Assembly: GCF_006345805.1 (NCBI RefSeq)
Contig: NC_042997.1
Location: 79,422,001 to 79,486,000 of the forward strand
Direction: 5' to 3'
Source: Octopus sinensis
Taxonomy: Eukaryota
Length of the DNA: 64,000 nt
Shown: positions 1-14,450 of the stretch, one piece after another
How the letters are laid out: every line of letters starts with the position of its first letter
Position numbering within the stretch: position 1 is the first letter of the stretch
Translations under genes and position numbers: made by a program
The notes under the pieces: model-generated
Database searches by the model: none
The model's input: only the letters and a program-made list of their open reading frames with translations
Told to the model about the DNA's origin: nothing

Positions 1-810
1 CTTAAAGGTGAAAATTATTATTTTATTTAAAATAAAATATTAATCTTTATCATCTTAATAAAAAAGCAGAAAAACAGACAGAGAGACTATCTCTTTATAG
101 ACGAAGATCAGTTGCAGTGGGAAAGTTGAATCTTATAAGAATGGAAAAACAAACATCAGATGAGTTGTACTTTATAATGAAACTATTTTAAGAGCATTCA
201 AATACCACTGCAACATTGAAATCATTGCCTCAGTGAGGTAATCAAGTACACGCTGAAAGGAAATGACCGAGCTGCTGCTCCAATAAACAATGATAACGAA
301 ATTAGTCAATATCTAATGGGTAGGTATATTGGACCATCCGAAGCAGTTGTATCCATTTTAGGATTTTCAGTTCATGAAAGAGCACCTGCAATAGTGAGAC
401 TGCAAGTTCGTCTACCAGAAGAACAAAGAAAATGTTGCTCAGAAATAATGATATATATGACTGTCAATGAATGACATGAGAACAACATTGACAGAATTCT
501 TTTCATTGTGCATCAATGATGACTTTGCAAAAACATTACTTTATGCTGAAGTACCCACGTATTTCACTTGGAACAGTAGTAACAAAAAATGGCAAAGAAG
601 AAATCGAGGAAAAAAGTTGAAGGCCATTTGAACATTTTCAAAGAAGAAACTCTTGGTCGCGTTTATGTTGTTACACCAAAGGCAGGAGAACTGTATTTAT
701 TTAAGAATTTTCTTGTATAAAATTCGAAATAGTAATTTTTTGTTTGCCGCCGCGCATCGACATTTTCATCTTGGAGTGGTTGTGACCCAACAGGTCACGG
801 GTACGTCTAG
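1..810 (+). mobile_element. Helitron remnant (RepHel coding fragments plus 3' terminus)
   Basis: Degenerate translation gives RAFKYHCNIEIIAS, GRYIGPSEAVVSILGFSVHERAPAIVRLQV, TTLTEFFSLCINDDFAKTLLYAEVPTYFTW and LGRVYVVTP (Helitron Rep-helicase linker motifs). Ends with hairpin GTGACC-caaca-GGTCAC (782-798) and CTAG (807-810) followed by T. Confidence 0.9.
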
Positions 811-2609
811 TTATGAACAAAACTCCTCATAACTCTTGTTGATACTTTATCAGCTTTCAAATTTATTCTGTAAAATATTATCTGGTTCGTTTCCTTTTGT
901 ATTTGAATATAATATTTTCGTTGCTTTACTATTTGAAACACTTTCTCCATGTGCTTCATTTAATGTACAATTTCGATTTTGTAGTTCTTATGACAGTTGA
1001 GAGTACTTTACCAAACTGTCCATTACAATGACCAAAGTATTTACGAAAACTGGTGAGTATAATACTTTTTCTAGCTTCTCATATTTTGCTCTTTGCGCAC
1101 TTGTTCTTGAAGCATCAGAACTCACTCTTACAAAATACTCCTAAGTAGCTTTATAAGATTGTCGGATTGTCTTTACAGTTAGGTAAAATGTTGCATGAAA
1201 CACGAGCAGTTGACATTCGGTGCATTTAATTAACTCATATTCTATGGTAACTTATAAGATAAGGAATAAATTTGCAGACATTTGTCTGCAAATGATCCGA
1301 ACCTGCAACTTCGTTTACACACCACCTACACTAATTGACTGGCATTAAAAGTTACAAGTTGTGTAACAAAAATCCTCAAGAATCTGAAGGCAGAAATATC
1401 TTTAAAATATATTTTTGTAATAAAAAGGGTCACATTGGTTGTTGACGATGACGTAAAAGGATCCATTCTTTTTCAATATGCCACCGTTACGGAATCACAA
1501 AATTTGGAAACCGAATGACGAAATTCACAAGCCGAATTGGTTGTAGATAAATAAGTACATATTGGAAAATAAAGTCCTGAGAATATCATATCTAAAAGAA
1601 ACAAACTAGACATTTACAGCTGGAACTTTTCATCACAGGTCTACTTACAGTTGACCTGGGGCCTAAAAGACAACAACAAAACTTTGGACTTTGCGCCTAT
1701 TTCAGGATCATTAAATTATTCAATATCCACTACTTAACAATATCAAATCTTGGGTGGCTACATACCTCTCACAATACCAAAATTCTGTTAAACAAAATAG
1801 CTGCAAGTGATAGCCTCGTAAACAGCTGTGTTAAGAAAATTTGCACTATCATTCTGTTCATTAATTTACATGCACGGTCTTCACCCCAACAATATAGGCA
1901 TAACTTTCTACTCCAATAACACGACAATTACGCCAGCCCACATGTCTCTGAATATACATTCATAAATTAGAATTCTAACACTGTAATGACATCAATTCTA
2001 TCAAACCAATCAACTGCCATCATACGCCCTTTCAAACTAAACATATGCTAAAATTTGCGCAACTCCTGTGACTATATACCCAGCAAGCCATGGACATGTA
2101 GACGAATGATACAGCAACATAATTTACATATATGTGCGTGAATGACATAAGAATTTATTAGATATTTGAGTTTTTGCACTTAATTGCGCGTATCTTATTT
2201 GATTTAGATAAACATACACTCACTCACACACATACATTCAAATACACACAAACACATTCATACTATACACTATATACATTAAAACAGCCACTGCTTTGAT
2301 TGAACCATTTGAAGTTTTGTGTTAGATTGTCAAACAAATATAGAGAAACTATAGGATGAAAAATAACACTGCACCATTTTCGATTCTGTTTTGTCTCTCA
2401 CTGGTGATATACGTAAACTGAAATGGCAACTCCCATGCTTCTAAACTGTTTTCTTACATCTGACGGGCAATCAATGAATAGTGCAGAGTAGAACCTGCGC
2501 AATGGTCTCTGAGTGTGAAGAACGTTCGGTTGGCAACCTCATACTCGATCTACTTATAAACAACACAAAACTGAATCTTCCAGACGGGCTATAAGTGCAA
2601 AAACTCAAA

Positions 2610-2915
2610 TCTCTCTATATAAAGATGAGAATGTCTGTCTGTCTGTGTGTCTGTGTGAATCCCTAAAACTTGAGAACTACTCAACGAATTTCATTCAAAT
2701 TTTACACATGCCTTACGTAGGGTCCATATAGTGTCATAGGCAAAAAAAATTTCAACTTCTTGCATTGTGCGAGCCCACAGCAATATATCTTCTCCACTAT
2801 TTCAGTATTACGTGTGAAAAGTGAAACAATAACATCTCTCTATTGTAATGTCAGATACTTTCATTTTAATAGCTTCACTTTAATACTGAAACTATTACAG
2901 TGAAACTGTTATCTC
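2610..2915 (+). mobile_element. 5' part of non-autonomous Helitron
   Basis: A|TCTCTCTATATAAAG then GTCTGTCTGTGTG tract, same 5' architecture as the complete element at 61026-61820. Confidence 0.65.
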
Positions 2916-2970
2916 ATATATATACAGGCATACATACATATATACATAAATACATATATATATATGTATA

Positions 2971-3010
<40 letters not shown>

Positions 3011-3178
3011 TATATAATGTATATATATATATATAATGTATATATATGTGTGTGCGTGTGTGTGTACGTGTGTGTGTGTGTGTACGTGTGTGTATGTATG
3101 CATACATCTGCACAAATGTATATATATATATACATGTATATATATAGATGTATATGTATACATGTATATGCGTAGATG

Positions 3179-3246
<68 letters not shown>

Positions 3247-3349
3247 GATGTACATGTCATATGTACACATATATATATACACACATATACATGCATACAT
3301 ATATACACTCATACACACATACACGCACACACGCACACACATATATACA

Positions 3350-3660
3350 TAGGTGCAGGTTTGACTGTGTGGTAACAATCTTGGTTCCAAAACACATGGT
3401 CTTGGGTTCAGTCCCACTGTGTGGTGACTTAGCATGTGTCTTCTGCTATGGCCTCAGACCAACCAAAGCCTTGTCAGTGGATTTTGTAGACAGAAACGGA
3501 AAGAAATCAATCGCATATATATGTAAGTCTATGTGTGTGTGTTTGTCTTTGTGTTTCTCCCTCATCACTGCTTCACAACTGCTGTTCGCTTATTTACATC
3601 CCCATAACTTACTGGTTTGACAAGAAGAAACTGATAAAATAAGTAACAGGCTTATCAAAA
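3350..3660 (+). mobile_element. tRNA-derived SINE family A (CORE-like, octopus type), diverged
   Basis: A-box-like TGACTGTGTGG, B-box GGTTCAGTCCC, body aligns with copy at 26335-26728. Confidence 0.85.
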
Positions 3661-3731
3661 AAACAAAAAAACACTAGGCAGTATCTCATTATTTTTGATT
3701 GCCCACTCAGTTGTATCTATCGATTTATCTT

Positions 3732-3773
<42 letters not shown>

Positions 3774-3783
3774 ATACACCCCC

Positions 3784-3835
<52 letters not shown>

Positions 3836-4089
3836 GAAATATGTTACGAAAAGAAAATATAAAATACACGTGGAAATGTAAGGGTAAAATATGAAAAATC
3901 AACGAAAATGCATATTGCAAATAGAAAAATGCTATTTATGACAGGTAACGACAAATATATACATTTAGATTGACTGAGGTAGTAGTACGAGTCATAAAAG
4001 TCATTATTATGAGATGATTATAAGATGATAATAAAGTAAGAGAACAAAACGGACCAATGGCTTACGCAAAGTTATTCATCATATATATA

Positions 4090-4167
<78 letters not shown>

Positions 4168-4222
4168 ATATATATATATGTATACATAGATATATACATG
4201 TATGTATATGTGCATATTTATA

Positions 4223-5403
4223 TCTATTATATCAAAGTCAATGTCTCTATGTATGTTCGTGTGTTACTTATACATTCGAAAACTGCTGCACCGATCTTAA
4301 TGAAATTTGGAACACAAAATCCAAGCCTAGGGAGAAGGGTAATGCTGTGTGTTTCACACAATTTCATGGACCAAAATTACTGAATAGATCCTTATGATAT
4401 TTGAAACTTAGATTCAATGCATAAGGGTGGGTATAATGCAAAATGCTTGGTTTGAATTTCAGATGGCTTAAAGGGGGCAGAACCCCGATGAAAATTCATA
4501 AATTTTCGATGTTGATGAAATTTCAACCATGCGTAATCGACACACATCAAGATGTATTCTCAAAGTTTCCACTTCTCATGAGGATTCTAAGACACCCTAA
4601 TGGGGACCTTAACTCCCAAGTTTTAGTCATTTCCAAAAGTGTTGAATGGATCTTTACGAAATTTAGAAATTATATTCTATGCATAAGGGCCATAACCCCC
4701 ATGACAATTCATATATTTTTGCTGTTGATGAAATTTAACCATAGATATTAGACACAAATAAAGTAATATTTATAAAATTTCATCTTCTTACAAGTTAGAA
4801 AGACCCCTTCATGGGGACTTAACACCCACAATTTAGTCATTTTATCTAAACAAACACGAATACAGTTGTACTCTTGGAAGCTGTAGGGTTACCCGAGCAT
4901 AAAAGATGAACATTATTTGTAATTCAATGGTAGAACAGTGTCAGAGTTTGCTTTGAGATATACTTAGATTGTGATTTCTGCAATGTGGTGCATAAATTGT
5001 CAAGTAAATGAGAGGCATCTTTGCCTCCACTGATTCAGTTGCAAAGTGTTGAGTAAAGTTATTTGATTGCAGACCTCCTTTCACACAGTTGTTAATATTT
5101 ATTTGAGTTGGGTCACGCCCTTCCAATTGCTATAGATCCGTAATGCATCTTACGGCTGTGCCTATCACCTGTATGGTGAGGAGTTCTACATTGGGAGTAG
5201 TAACGACTAGGGTACGGTAGCTGACTGCTTATTGTGATCATTCGTCTTTTGGTTTCCTGTAGCTTTGCTCTCTTTTACAAACCCAGCGAACATATATATA
5301 TATTTCCTATTTCAAAGAAATTCAAACAATAGATATAAGACCCAAGTTAAAAAGATTCTCAACAATCCAACTTCTTTATTTGACATTAAGACCCCCACCC
5401 CCA
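4223..5403 (+). mobile_element. Non-autonomous Helitron, 3'-truncated
   Basis: Starts A|TCTATTATATCAAAG. Collinear with 34570-36195, which ends in hairpin+CTAG. Lacks ~190 bp present at ~35420-35610. Confidence 0.75.
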
Positions 5404-5497
5404 ATTATATATATATGATTTTATTCGTTAGGGAATAAAAATTCCAGCATAACAGGGATTCAAATTATTCTCAATGAAGAAATATATATTTTCATTT

Positions 5498-6678
5498 AGA
5501 GATAGTAGGCCCCTTCATCTCACCATATAAAAAGCAATTTTTATTTTAAATGGAGATATTATGGGCTAAAACGGGGCTTCATAATGATCAGAAGGAACGA
5601 AAAATTATATGTAAACATAGACTGAAATTCCTAATTAATAACGCCTAAACCTAAATTTTAGCGAAAGTATTATTAATACTATTATTATTTAATATGAATG
5701 TAATAACTTACCATTAGATGTGGGCATGAATAGTAGTGAGTGATTAAAGGGCTGAATAATAAGAAATAAAAAAGTAATGCTCCCATGATGCATTTTTGTA
5801 GTTTCGTAGACCATGTTTACTATTTAGATAATATGTCAATTAAATAATAGTTTAAAAGAAGCAGGAAGGAGGGATGTGAGTACTTCGCTGGACTTTGCAA
5901 TTTCAAGCCATAATCAAGATGTTGTAGGCTAATGGAGGCATCGGTGAATTGTATATTTTCCTTTACGTTACCATCAAGTTATTTTTATTTTATTTTATTT
6001 TATTTTGTGAATTTTTAAAAGTTATCATTCGTATCACTTGTAAATTTTGCAGTTCGTAATTAGTACTATAGCTTTTATTCGAAAATCTTTATTCGTCATT
6101 GCCTCCATGTTTATTAGTATTTATTTTTATTCGTATATATTTTTCTTGGCACCCTTTTATTTTTATTTGTATATATTTTTCTTGCCATTGCTTTTATTTT
6201 TATTTGTATATATTTTTTTGCCCTTTATTTCATTTTATATCATTTTATATTATCACAAGTATATATTTTATTTTTAACCCTATATATTACTAAAATAGAT
6301 TTTGTAAATTTTTGCTATTTTTTTTTTGCATTTTTATTCCTTAATTTATTTTTGTAATTTTTATTTTTGTAATTTTCTATTTGAATTTTTATCTGAATTA
6401 TGGTTTGTACTGTAGAGTCCAGCGAACCTAATTTACACGTACCTATTTTACATATACTTATGGGTTTAAAAAAATTAAAATATAGTTTATAGTATTGAAC
6501 GATAATAAAGTGATATAAGGGCCTGATGATTGGGGTTACATTTTAAGAAGGGTTCCAGCAAAACACGGAATGGTTTAGGAACCGTGAGATGTACCTCCTG
6601 AAACACGTGTAGCCAAGTTATAAAAAGTAGGTATTTAAAATAAAAATTCTTTTTTATATGGTGAGATGAAGGGACCTA

Positions 6679-6686
<8 letters not shown>
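5498..6686 (+). mobile_element. Truncated Penelope-like (Naiad-type) element with inverted pLTR arm
   Basis: Inverted repeats 5498-5551 / 6633-6686, GIY-YIG C-terminal remnant IICKHRLKFLINNA* near 5605-5650, HHR at 6520-6614. Confidence 0.7.
6520..6614 (+). ncRNA. Type I hammerhead ribozyme (intact core, long stem II)
   Basis: ggc-CTGATGA-(long branched stem II: ggggttacatttt/gagatgtacctcc, ggttcc/ggaacc)-GAAAC-acgt-GTA^gcc. Palindromic loop 3, stem I ggc/gcc. Confidence 0.8.
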
Positions 6687-6723
<37 letters not shown>

Positions 6724-6887
6724 ATATATATATATATATATTAGTATTTTTATAAATATGCAGAAATATATTTGTTCAATGTATCTTTAATGTAAGATGG
6801 TTATGGTGTGATTTGACGGCAACTAGGCTCATATTTCTAGCAGGTCGAGTCAAGTGGATGAGCTATTTAGGGAGGGTACCTTACTGA

Positions 6888-6888
6888 A

Positions 6889-6974
<86 letters not shown>

Positions 6975-6975
6975 T
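6888..6975. repeat. (TATC)n microsatellite
   Basis: Perfect tetranucleotide run. Confidence 0.95.
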
Positions 6976-7813
6976 TGTGTTTTTGTATATCTAGATTATA
7001 TTTTACAATTTGTCCTTTTCTCTTTGAAGATATTAAGTTGTAATTTGAGGCAAATGTGGCTGCTGCTTTTAGCAGCTTGATCATCTTTACAAAGACTTTG
7101 TCTCGTTGGTTCCACTTTCTATTTCATGTGGTGTTTGAAAAGACAGAAGGTATCATTTTGTACATTAATTTAGCAAGGTGCTTACATCTCGAATGTATCT
7201 TTTCATATTTTATGATAACAGATTTTGATTAGAGAGAAATTTAGCGGCTATTTCTAACTGCTTGAATGGCCATACAAATGTTGTCTCAAAGTAAACTACT
7301 TATTTAAGAAAAAGTAAACATTTTCGCACTTGATTTATTGAACATGCGCAACTCGTTTATTAGAATTTTTCAGAGTAAAAGTAACGAATAAAACAAACCA
7401 AATACTTTTTTATGATATTCGACAGCGCCCTAAAATTTATTTATAAGGATTAAACGTACCAAATTTTACAGTATGTTATGACTGACAAAAATAAAGTGAA
7501 GATTAAAAATTTATTTATTGATTTCATTGAATAAATGGTTAAACCACTGAGAATATTACAAGTGTGATTTTGGAAAGATTAGAAGATTACAAAATGGATA
7601 TTCAAAATATCAGAGGAATAAAATTAATGCGAATGTTGCTGTAATGGCTGGTCGACATAGTGTTCAGAATTTATTACTTGTACACAGAACGTAGAGGCGG
7701 TACATGCAGCAACGTAAGTTGCATTTTCACTTCCTACTTGCCACTTTTGGAATTGTGGAGCGTTTGTTAACGTTTGTTTTTGCTCCACCTGTCTTTGGGT
7801 TGTTCTGATTTAA

Positions 7814-8267
7814 GCCATTGGTTAAAGTGCCATTGGTTAAAGCGCGTGCTAGAAACACGGCATTTGAGCGTATGGAGGGAGAAGAAACAAATGATTTGTG
7901 GAGGAACCTCTAGTAACTGGAGTGTCATACGAAATAAGTTGAGAAAAGAAATGTTCTTTTTGCTGGACAGAGAGATCCAAATAATAACTTTAATATTTCA
8001 ACTGTTTTATCATGTTGCTGAGGAATAAATCTTCCTTACACAGTCGCATCTTTTGGACTTTAAAAAAAATATAAGTATCCCCATGATCACAATTCATGAT
8101 GACTTCATAAGGAAGAGATCTTCATTGAGAGAGAAATACTTGTTTTTATTGTTGTTGCTGCTATGCAAGGCGAAACGGAGAATTTGTTTACAAGTTTGTT
8201 CAAAAATATTATCTTGGGAATTCGGCTCCAACCACTGTGTGGATTTTTCTCACAATTTCTGTTTGTG
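7814..8267 (+). promoter_or_regulatory. Weak candidate promoter/first exon
   Basis: Direct repeat GCCATTGGTTAAAG x2 (reverse CCAAT boxes, 7814-7842). ATG 8163 is open for 35 codons to GTG|GTAAGC donor at 8267/8268. No recognisable protein. Confidence 0.15.
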
Positions 8268-9469
8268 GTAAGCTGTAAGAGGTTTTTCTAAATCAAAACA
8301 GATAAAGAATGACCAAATATTTTCTATGATCGATCAGCTTGGAGTTGAGAAATCATGCTATAATATCAATAAAACAATAATTGGTGTGTATGTGTGTGTG
8401 TGTGTGTGGTGTGTGTGTGTGTGTGCGTGCGTGTGTGTGTGCGTGTGTTTCCGTTTGTGTGTGTGAGCGCACGCGCAATAATGTAAACTCAATGGTGGCT
8501 CCAAGCGGGAAAAACGCCAACAACACCTCATGTAGTAAAGCACGTCCTCTTATCTAGTACCTACGAAATTGGGAAATAATAGACGTAACACAGTCATACA
8601 TTTTGATCTGAAACAGCCATTAGAAATGTTACTTTAAGGCACACCCACCTTTACGTCATTGCTACTATGAATGAATGAAGCACTCCTCAACTCGTTTGAC
8701 CTACTAACGTAGAAATAATATACGTCTAGTTTAAAGCAACAGTATTAATGTCAGTGTTGTCTGTATTATGTTATGTGTGTGTGAATGTGCGTGTGTTTGT
8801 GTGCCTGTGCGTTAGTGTGTGTATGTGTGTGTTTGTGTGCATGCATGAGCGAGCGCGTATGTTTTAACCTGATGTGTGTGTGTGTGTGCATGAGGGAGCG
8901 CGTATGTGTAAATGTGATGTGTATGTGAATGGAGTGGGGTGCTTTATTTTATATTCGTGACCTCGAATCAGGAAACATTTTTCTGTGAATCCTTAATGTT
9001 TAGCAACCTAAGTAAATGAAAAGCGATTATGTATCATATCACGATAAAGAAGGGATAGAAAAGAATTTGAGAAAAATTGCCTTACATATGCACGAATACG
9101 TATATTCAGAGTTTTAGTGCCAATGTGTGTGTATAAGTAGTTGGCGGTGAAAGTAACTGCTGTAACTCAATATTTACATTATTTCAGTCTTAGCAATGGG
9201 AATGGAAAGTTTTAAGTATTTTTAGTTTTTTTCCCGTCCCATATAGAGGGCATTGAATATCTTTATTTATTTTTAGTGACAGGTAATTGAGTCAAGACTA
9301 CAGGAGAATGCTAGTTCTATAGAAGTAAGGGGGGAATCAGAAACGAGTTCTTCTTTTAAGTGTAAATTACAGGTCATAGTAAGTACATTGTGCTCTGACA
9401 TAGCTCGAAAGATGATGAAATCAAACATTCATTAAAAGAGTTTAAGTTCTGGAAAGTTAATGATGAATG

Positions 9470-9477
9470 CAAATAAA

Positions 9478-9532
<55 letters not shown>

Positions 9533-9556
9533 GAAGAAGAAGAAGAAGAAGAAGAA
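9470..9556. repeat. (AAAT)n-(TAA)n-(GAA)n compound microsatellite
   Basis: Direct inspection. Confidence 0.95.
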
Positions 9557-12293
9557 GGATATTAAAAAAACCCAAATTAACGGCTGTAACTAAAATATTC
9601 AGGCTGTTTCTTCTCAATGAGTAAGTGGATCACTAGGACATTTTACTTTAGTTAAGTTTTTCAATCGTAACGGGGGGGCATTTTAAAAGTTGTTACAGCA
9701 GAATTTAGACATAGATACTTTCTGCCAACGAAAGAACTCTACGCAGTTGTTCCAACTACTAGAAATATCAGCTAAAAATCCTTCAAAACACATTCTCCTT
9801 TAAATGGAAGGATACATTTGATTTGATAATGCAACCCGAGATATACTATACTTGAAGAAAAATAAATAAATAAAATAGATAGCCATATCTGGCAAGCCTT
9901 TGCCCATCGGTTTGACAATCGGATTAGGCTTGAAACTAAACGACAACAATATAAATCTTAAAAAGAATAAGACCACTAGAGACAAGAACCATGAGTTCCT
10001 ATTTAGGTTACCAAAAGAAAGTAGTTTCGAACGTGAAGACGGACAGGAAACTCCGCTAAGTATTTTGTCCGGCATGCAAAACGCTAAGCATTTTGCCCAA
10101 CACGATTCTGTCAGCTTGCCGCCTTACAAATTACAAATTATTGACAGCTTTTATGCGTATGCTACTACTCTTCAGTACGAGTTTCTTCCCGTAGCTTTCT
10201 TTTTATTAAAGAAAAAGCCAAAACAGCTACATTTTCAAAAGCGGCCTTTGGTAAATGGCCAAGTCCATGAAAACAGAGCAATCAACTTAGTCACCGTCAC
10301 CACCACTACTACCAATAGATAGCTATTATGCAGTCAATTGACCTGTTAGACATAGTAGTTAAATCTCCCTTCAAATCGTAGAAATGTCTGGACACATTGT
10401 ACACATTAGACTCAGTTTACAATGTAGCCCTTGGTATACAAAAAGGAACGTAACAACTTTGATCATGGGTCTGCTCGGTCAGAATTGACTTGAAGCTAAA
10501 CAACGGTTTTGCATGCGGTTTTTGAAACTTCTAAATAACATTGATTTGCAGTAATTTTGATTTTGATTAACGTTCTTTGATTTCAAAAGTTATATTGTTT
10601 AAGGAAATGAATAATCTAGAATATTACTGGTATCATTTTACTAAGCACAAGGACATGAAAGGGTAAGTGAACTCGCATGGAATTTGAACTTGATGTGTAG
10701 ATAGGCGAAACTAAATTGTATAAAACATTTAATCCGATACGTTTACATTTTCTTATGAGTAGCTACATTCATTTTCAGTAATATTCAATGCATTCAATAC
10801 ATTCAAATGTGTTGAAACATTTTGCTGAAACTTCGTTACATCATAAAAACATTTGTCTTTGCCTCTTCACTGCAAAATAGTTGTGTTAGTACATATCATG
10901 GAAGCTACTTAGGAACTAGATTATATATTATAAGTGGTTATAAGTGACCGAAGTAGTCACTCATTGGACTGAATACATTTCAGTAATTATCATTGTTTAA
11001 ATTCCATCGAAGTCAGGAACGTAGGTTCCAATATCTTTTTACAATCCCATGGATTGATTAGGTCCAGCCGTTACCTGATTTCTGCGACGAAAGCTAATTT
11101 TCTCTATGAATAGAATGGTAATTTATTGCAGATGGTTTCCTTCTCCAGAAACATTTAATTGAAGTCAATTCTTTTAACCATGGATACAAAGGTGTATCAA
11201 CGACAAAGTGCAAACTACTGACAGTTTGACGAGTCTCCAGGTACCCGACTGCATACACGTTTGTAACATGCTAGAATCGCTTCATCAGACTCTATATATC
11301 CTCTCAAAATTTGGCATCGTTACAAACCGAAAGAAATCCGTACAGATGTTTATTCTATTGTCTTTAGAGAATTGAGAGCTTTAAGTCAACCAACCAAGAG
11401 CATTAAACTGTTAAAGAGCTTATTACTTATCTTATTTAATCTTGTATTGTCACAAGAAGTACAGTCTCGCCTTTAAATTTGACGTATTCAGTTAGTGGAG
11501 TTCTCCCTTGAAGACTTTGTTTGCTGATAAAGGAAAAACAAATGTGAAGTATTGTGCTATGTAGGCACAGTGTATTTAGAAGGGTCGTGTTTTTTTTTTA
11601 CTTTTAGAAATAAAAATGAAACCATGTGTAATAATTATATTTGAAACACATTTTAAAACATCTTTAAAATATGAACCGGATATTATTTTATCAATGAACA
11701 TAAGCGCGAATACTGTAGGGGACAGTATAAGAAAAAACAAAATAAAACAGTGATGAAAATTAACTCCTCGTTGATTTAAATAATCTGCTTTCATTTTTTT
11801 TTTCTTGTAAAACATTGAGAAAGAGAACGAAGTGCTATAAAACGACCAGAACCACTGCATCTGAGATACGTGTGTTACCTTTCGTCAGAGTTAAAATTTG
11901 GAACATGAGATGCTACGGTTTAAACGACAGTAGAGATTGCTTTTAGATTCGTCTGTCTATCGCCGTCTACTCGTAGAGTATACCCAACTACGTATGTCTC
12001 ATTCCTCCAAGCCCTCAAAAATAGTAACAGGTGCATCCTCGCACACAATCCACCACAAGATTCATCTTCGCCATAATTATGAAGTCAAAGTTAAGCATCG
12101 ACCTTGAGAACCTTCTGCATCTACTAAAGTCATTTATATAAAATCTGTTCATGATGCATGTAATATATGTCATCATACATCTACAATCAAAGAGCCTATC
12201 CGCAACGATGTTTTAATGTTTTGTAATTAATGTGCTTCCATACCAAGGACCTTTCTTTGTATTTTCAATCTGTCTGCATTTCTATATTTGCAC

Positions 12294-12340
<47 letters not shown>

Positions 12341-13179
12341 GCACGCACCCAAATACATGCGCACATAGACAAGCACAAGCGCGTAGATACACTTCTACAT
12401 AGAGGTACACACGCACTCATACACACACGTACGCTTACTTTACTGGCGGCGAGGGAAAGAAAATTTGCCAGTCATGGCGCGTTTATACAAACATTTCAAA
12501 AGAAATGTAAATAGAAGGTGTGGTTGAAATAAGCAATTCTATTGGTTATGTGTATTCATACCTATGAGTTATTCACATGGTTGGCATAACTAATCAATAA
12601 ATATAAATAGCAAGTTACACCTTTAAGTTTAACCAACCATTTCCTGAGGCGCGTATACATATGTCAGACTATTCACATATTGCATCATCTTCCAGCTCGT
12701 ATACTTGCTATGCTATCGGCTTACAAAGAGGAGAAAAATCAGCGCTTTGTATCCCACCAAAGAAATTTAAAATAAACTCATGACAGATTGAGTTAACTAT
12801 TCACCAAACTCATTATCCTAGTATACAAGATGACTAATTGACAGGGTTATGAGGCCGACGATTTGACTGCTTTGTAGTATTTATTTCGGCTGTCTGAGCT
12901 CTCAAATCTCGCCAAGGTCAACATTGTCGTTCATACTATCGGGTCAATAAATAAAATACCAGCTAGTCTCATCCTAAGGCATGGACACATTGTGCAATTG
13001 ACCGAGAGTTTCATATGTCTTGACACCCAATTCTGATCTATATATGTTGTGGTTTGCTGTCAATAAATAAGTAATGTTGTACCCAGTGCACTGATTGGCC
13101 CAGAAGCCTACAATGCTTCTAAGACGACCTTCGTATCAGTCAAATAGTGGAGTCGATTTTTCTCTCCTTTCTCTCTTTC

Positions 13180-13410
13180 ACGCACTCAGACTAAGCATTG
13201 GCCGAAAAGATGGTATGTTGTAAAATACCTGATGGAAGGCAGCCTTGTATTATTTTGAGAAAAATCCATGACGAGTATATGAATGCCTACCAAGAAATGC
13301 ATCAAAGATCGTGTACCGACATGATGGTGCAAGAGTAGATCACCTAGCATCTAGATATAAATGTACACTGAACATAGAAAGAGGTTGCGTGGAAGAAATC
13401 AGTGTTTTAA
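13180..13410 (+). mobile_element. Highly degraded RTE-like LINE C-terminal fragment
   Basis: PDGRQPCIIL and AWKKSV resemble RTE MPDxRxPK...WR motifs. Confidence 0.3.
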
Positions 13411-14272
13411 CCTGAAGTGCAACATCACTTATATAATCGGAATCTGAAAACTATCAAATATGAAAGCAATCTTAATTATATAAAATTTTACATTATTTAA
13501 TGTTAATTAGCGATTTCACTATATTCAACAGTTTATAAGTAAAGGAGAAGGAAAAGGAGAAGCTGTTCATGAATATAATAAATATGTTGGTAAGTATAAT
13601 GTAAAAGTAACATTTCAAAGCTAAACTTATACATACATACATACATACATACATACATACATACATACATACATACATACATGTATGCATGCATAAAACA
13701 TACATACATATATACATAGATAGATACATACATACATATGTATACATGCATGTAATGTATGTGTGTATATGTGTGTGTGATATACACACGTAGTTACATA
13801 CACATATTTATATGAAAGAGTAATTTGAGTGCACAACATGCTATTACCTGTGAGAAAGTAAGCTTCATAGGCTTTTAGTTGTGGGGTTGGTTTGTGAAGA
13901 GGTGTTCATTGTGTGAGGGTGTATGGGTGTGGAAGAGATGGCGTTGTGCTCAAAAGCTGATGTAAGAGTGTGAGAGTATAAGAAGGGAAACATGGGCAGG
14001 AGTGGTGATAACTTCATGCACATGAATATTGTTAAGAACCAACACACACACACGCATATGCACGCGTGCGCACACACACACACGCAGATGCACGCGTGCG
14101 CACACACACACACGTACACACAAAACAATCTTTTACGCATATATATATATAATATACCTACTTATATTGCATACATTTATACATACACATATTTACTCGT
14201 ATATCTATTCACCCCTTGGGTGAGTAAACACTACGCACATTCAATCAACACATGGAAAAGCAGTACCTCGAT

Positions 14273-14305
<33 letters not shown>

Positions 14306-14375
14306 TATATATATATATATATAACACACATATACATATGTATGTATGTATATATATATATATATAATATATATA

Positions 14376-14450
<75 letters not shown>

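Larger units (their letters stand above)
3145..5403 (+). repeat. Copy A of a local duplication (SINE + spacer + non-autonomous Helitron); copy B at 33312-35931
   Basis: Shared diagnostic SINE variants, shared non-SINE spacer (GCAGTATCTCAT...CCCACTCAGTTGTATCTATC) and collinear Helitron body. Confidence 0.85.

Noticed and set aside
1028-1058. ATG...ACTG|GTGAGT mini first exon
   Set aside because: Only 25 nt with no supported downstream exon.
11250-11295. Minus-strand CTGATGA ... AAACGTGTA as HHR
   Set aside because: Lacks G12 and a convincing stem I/II.
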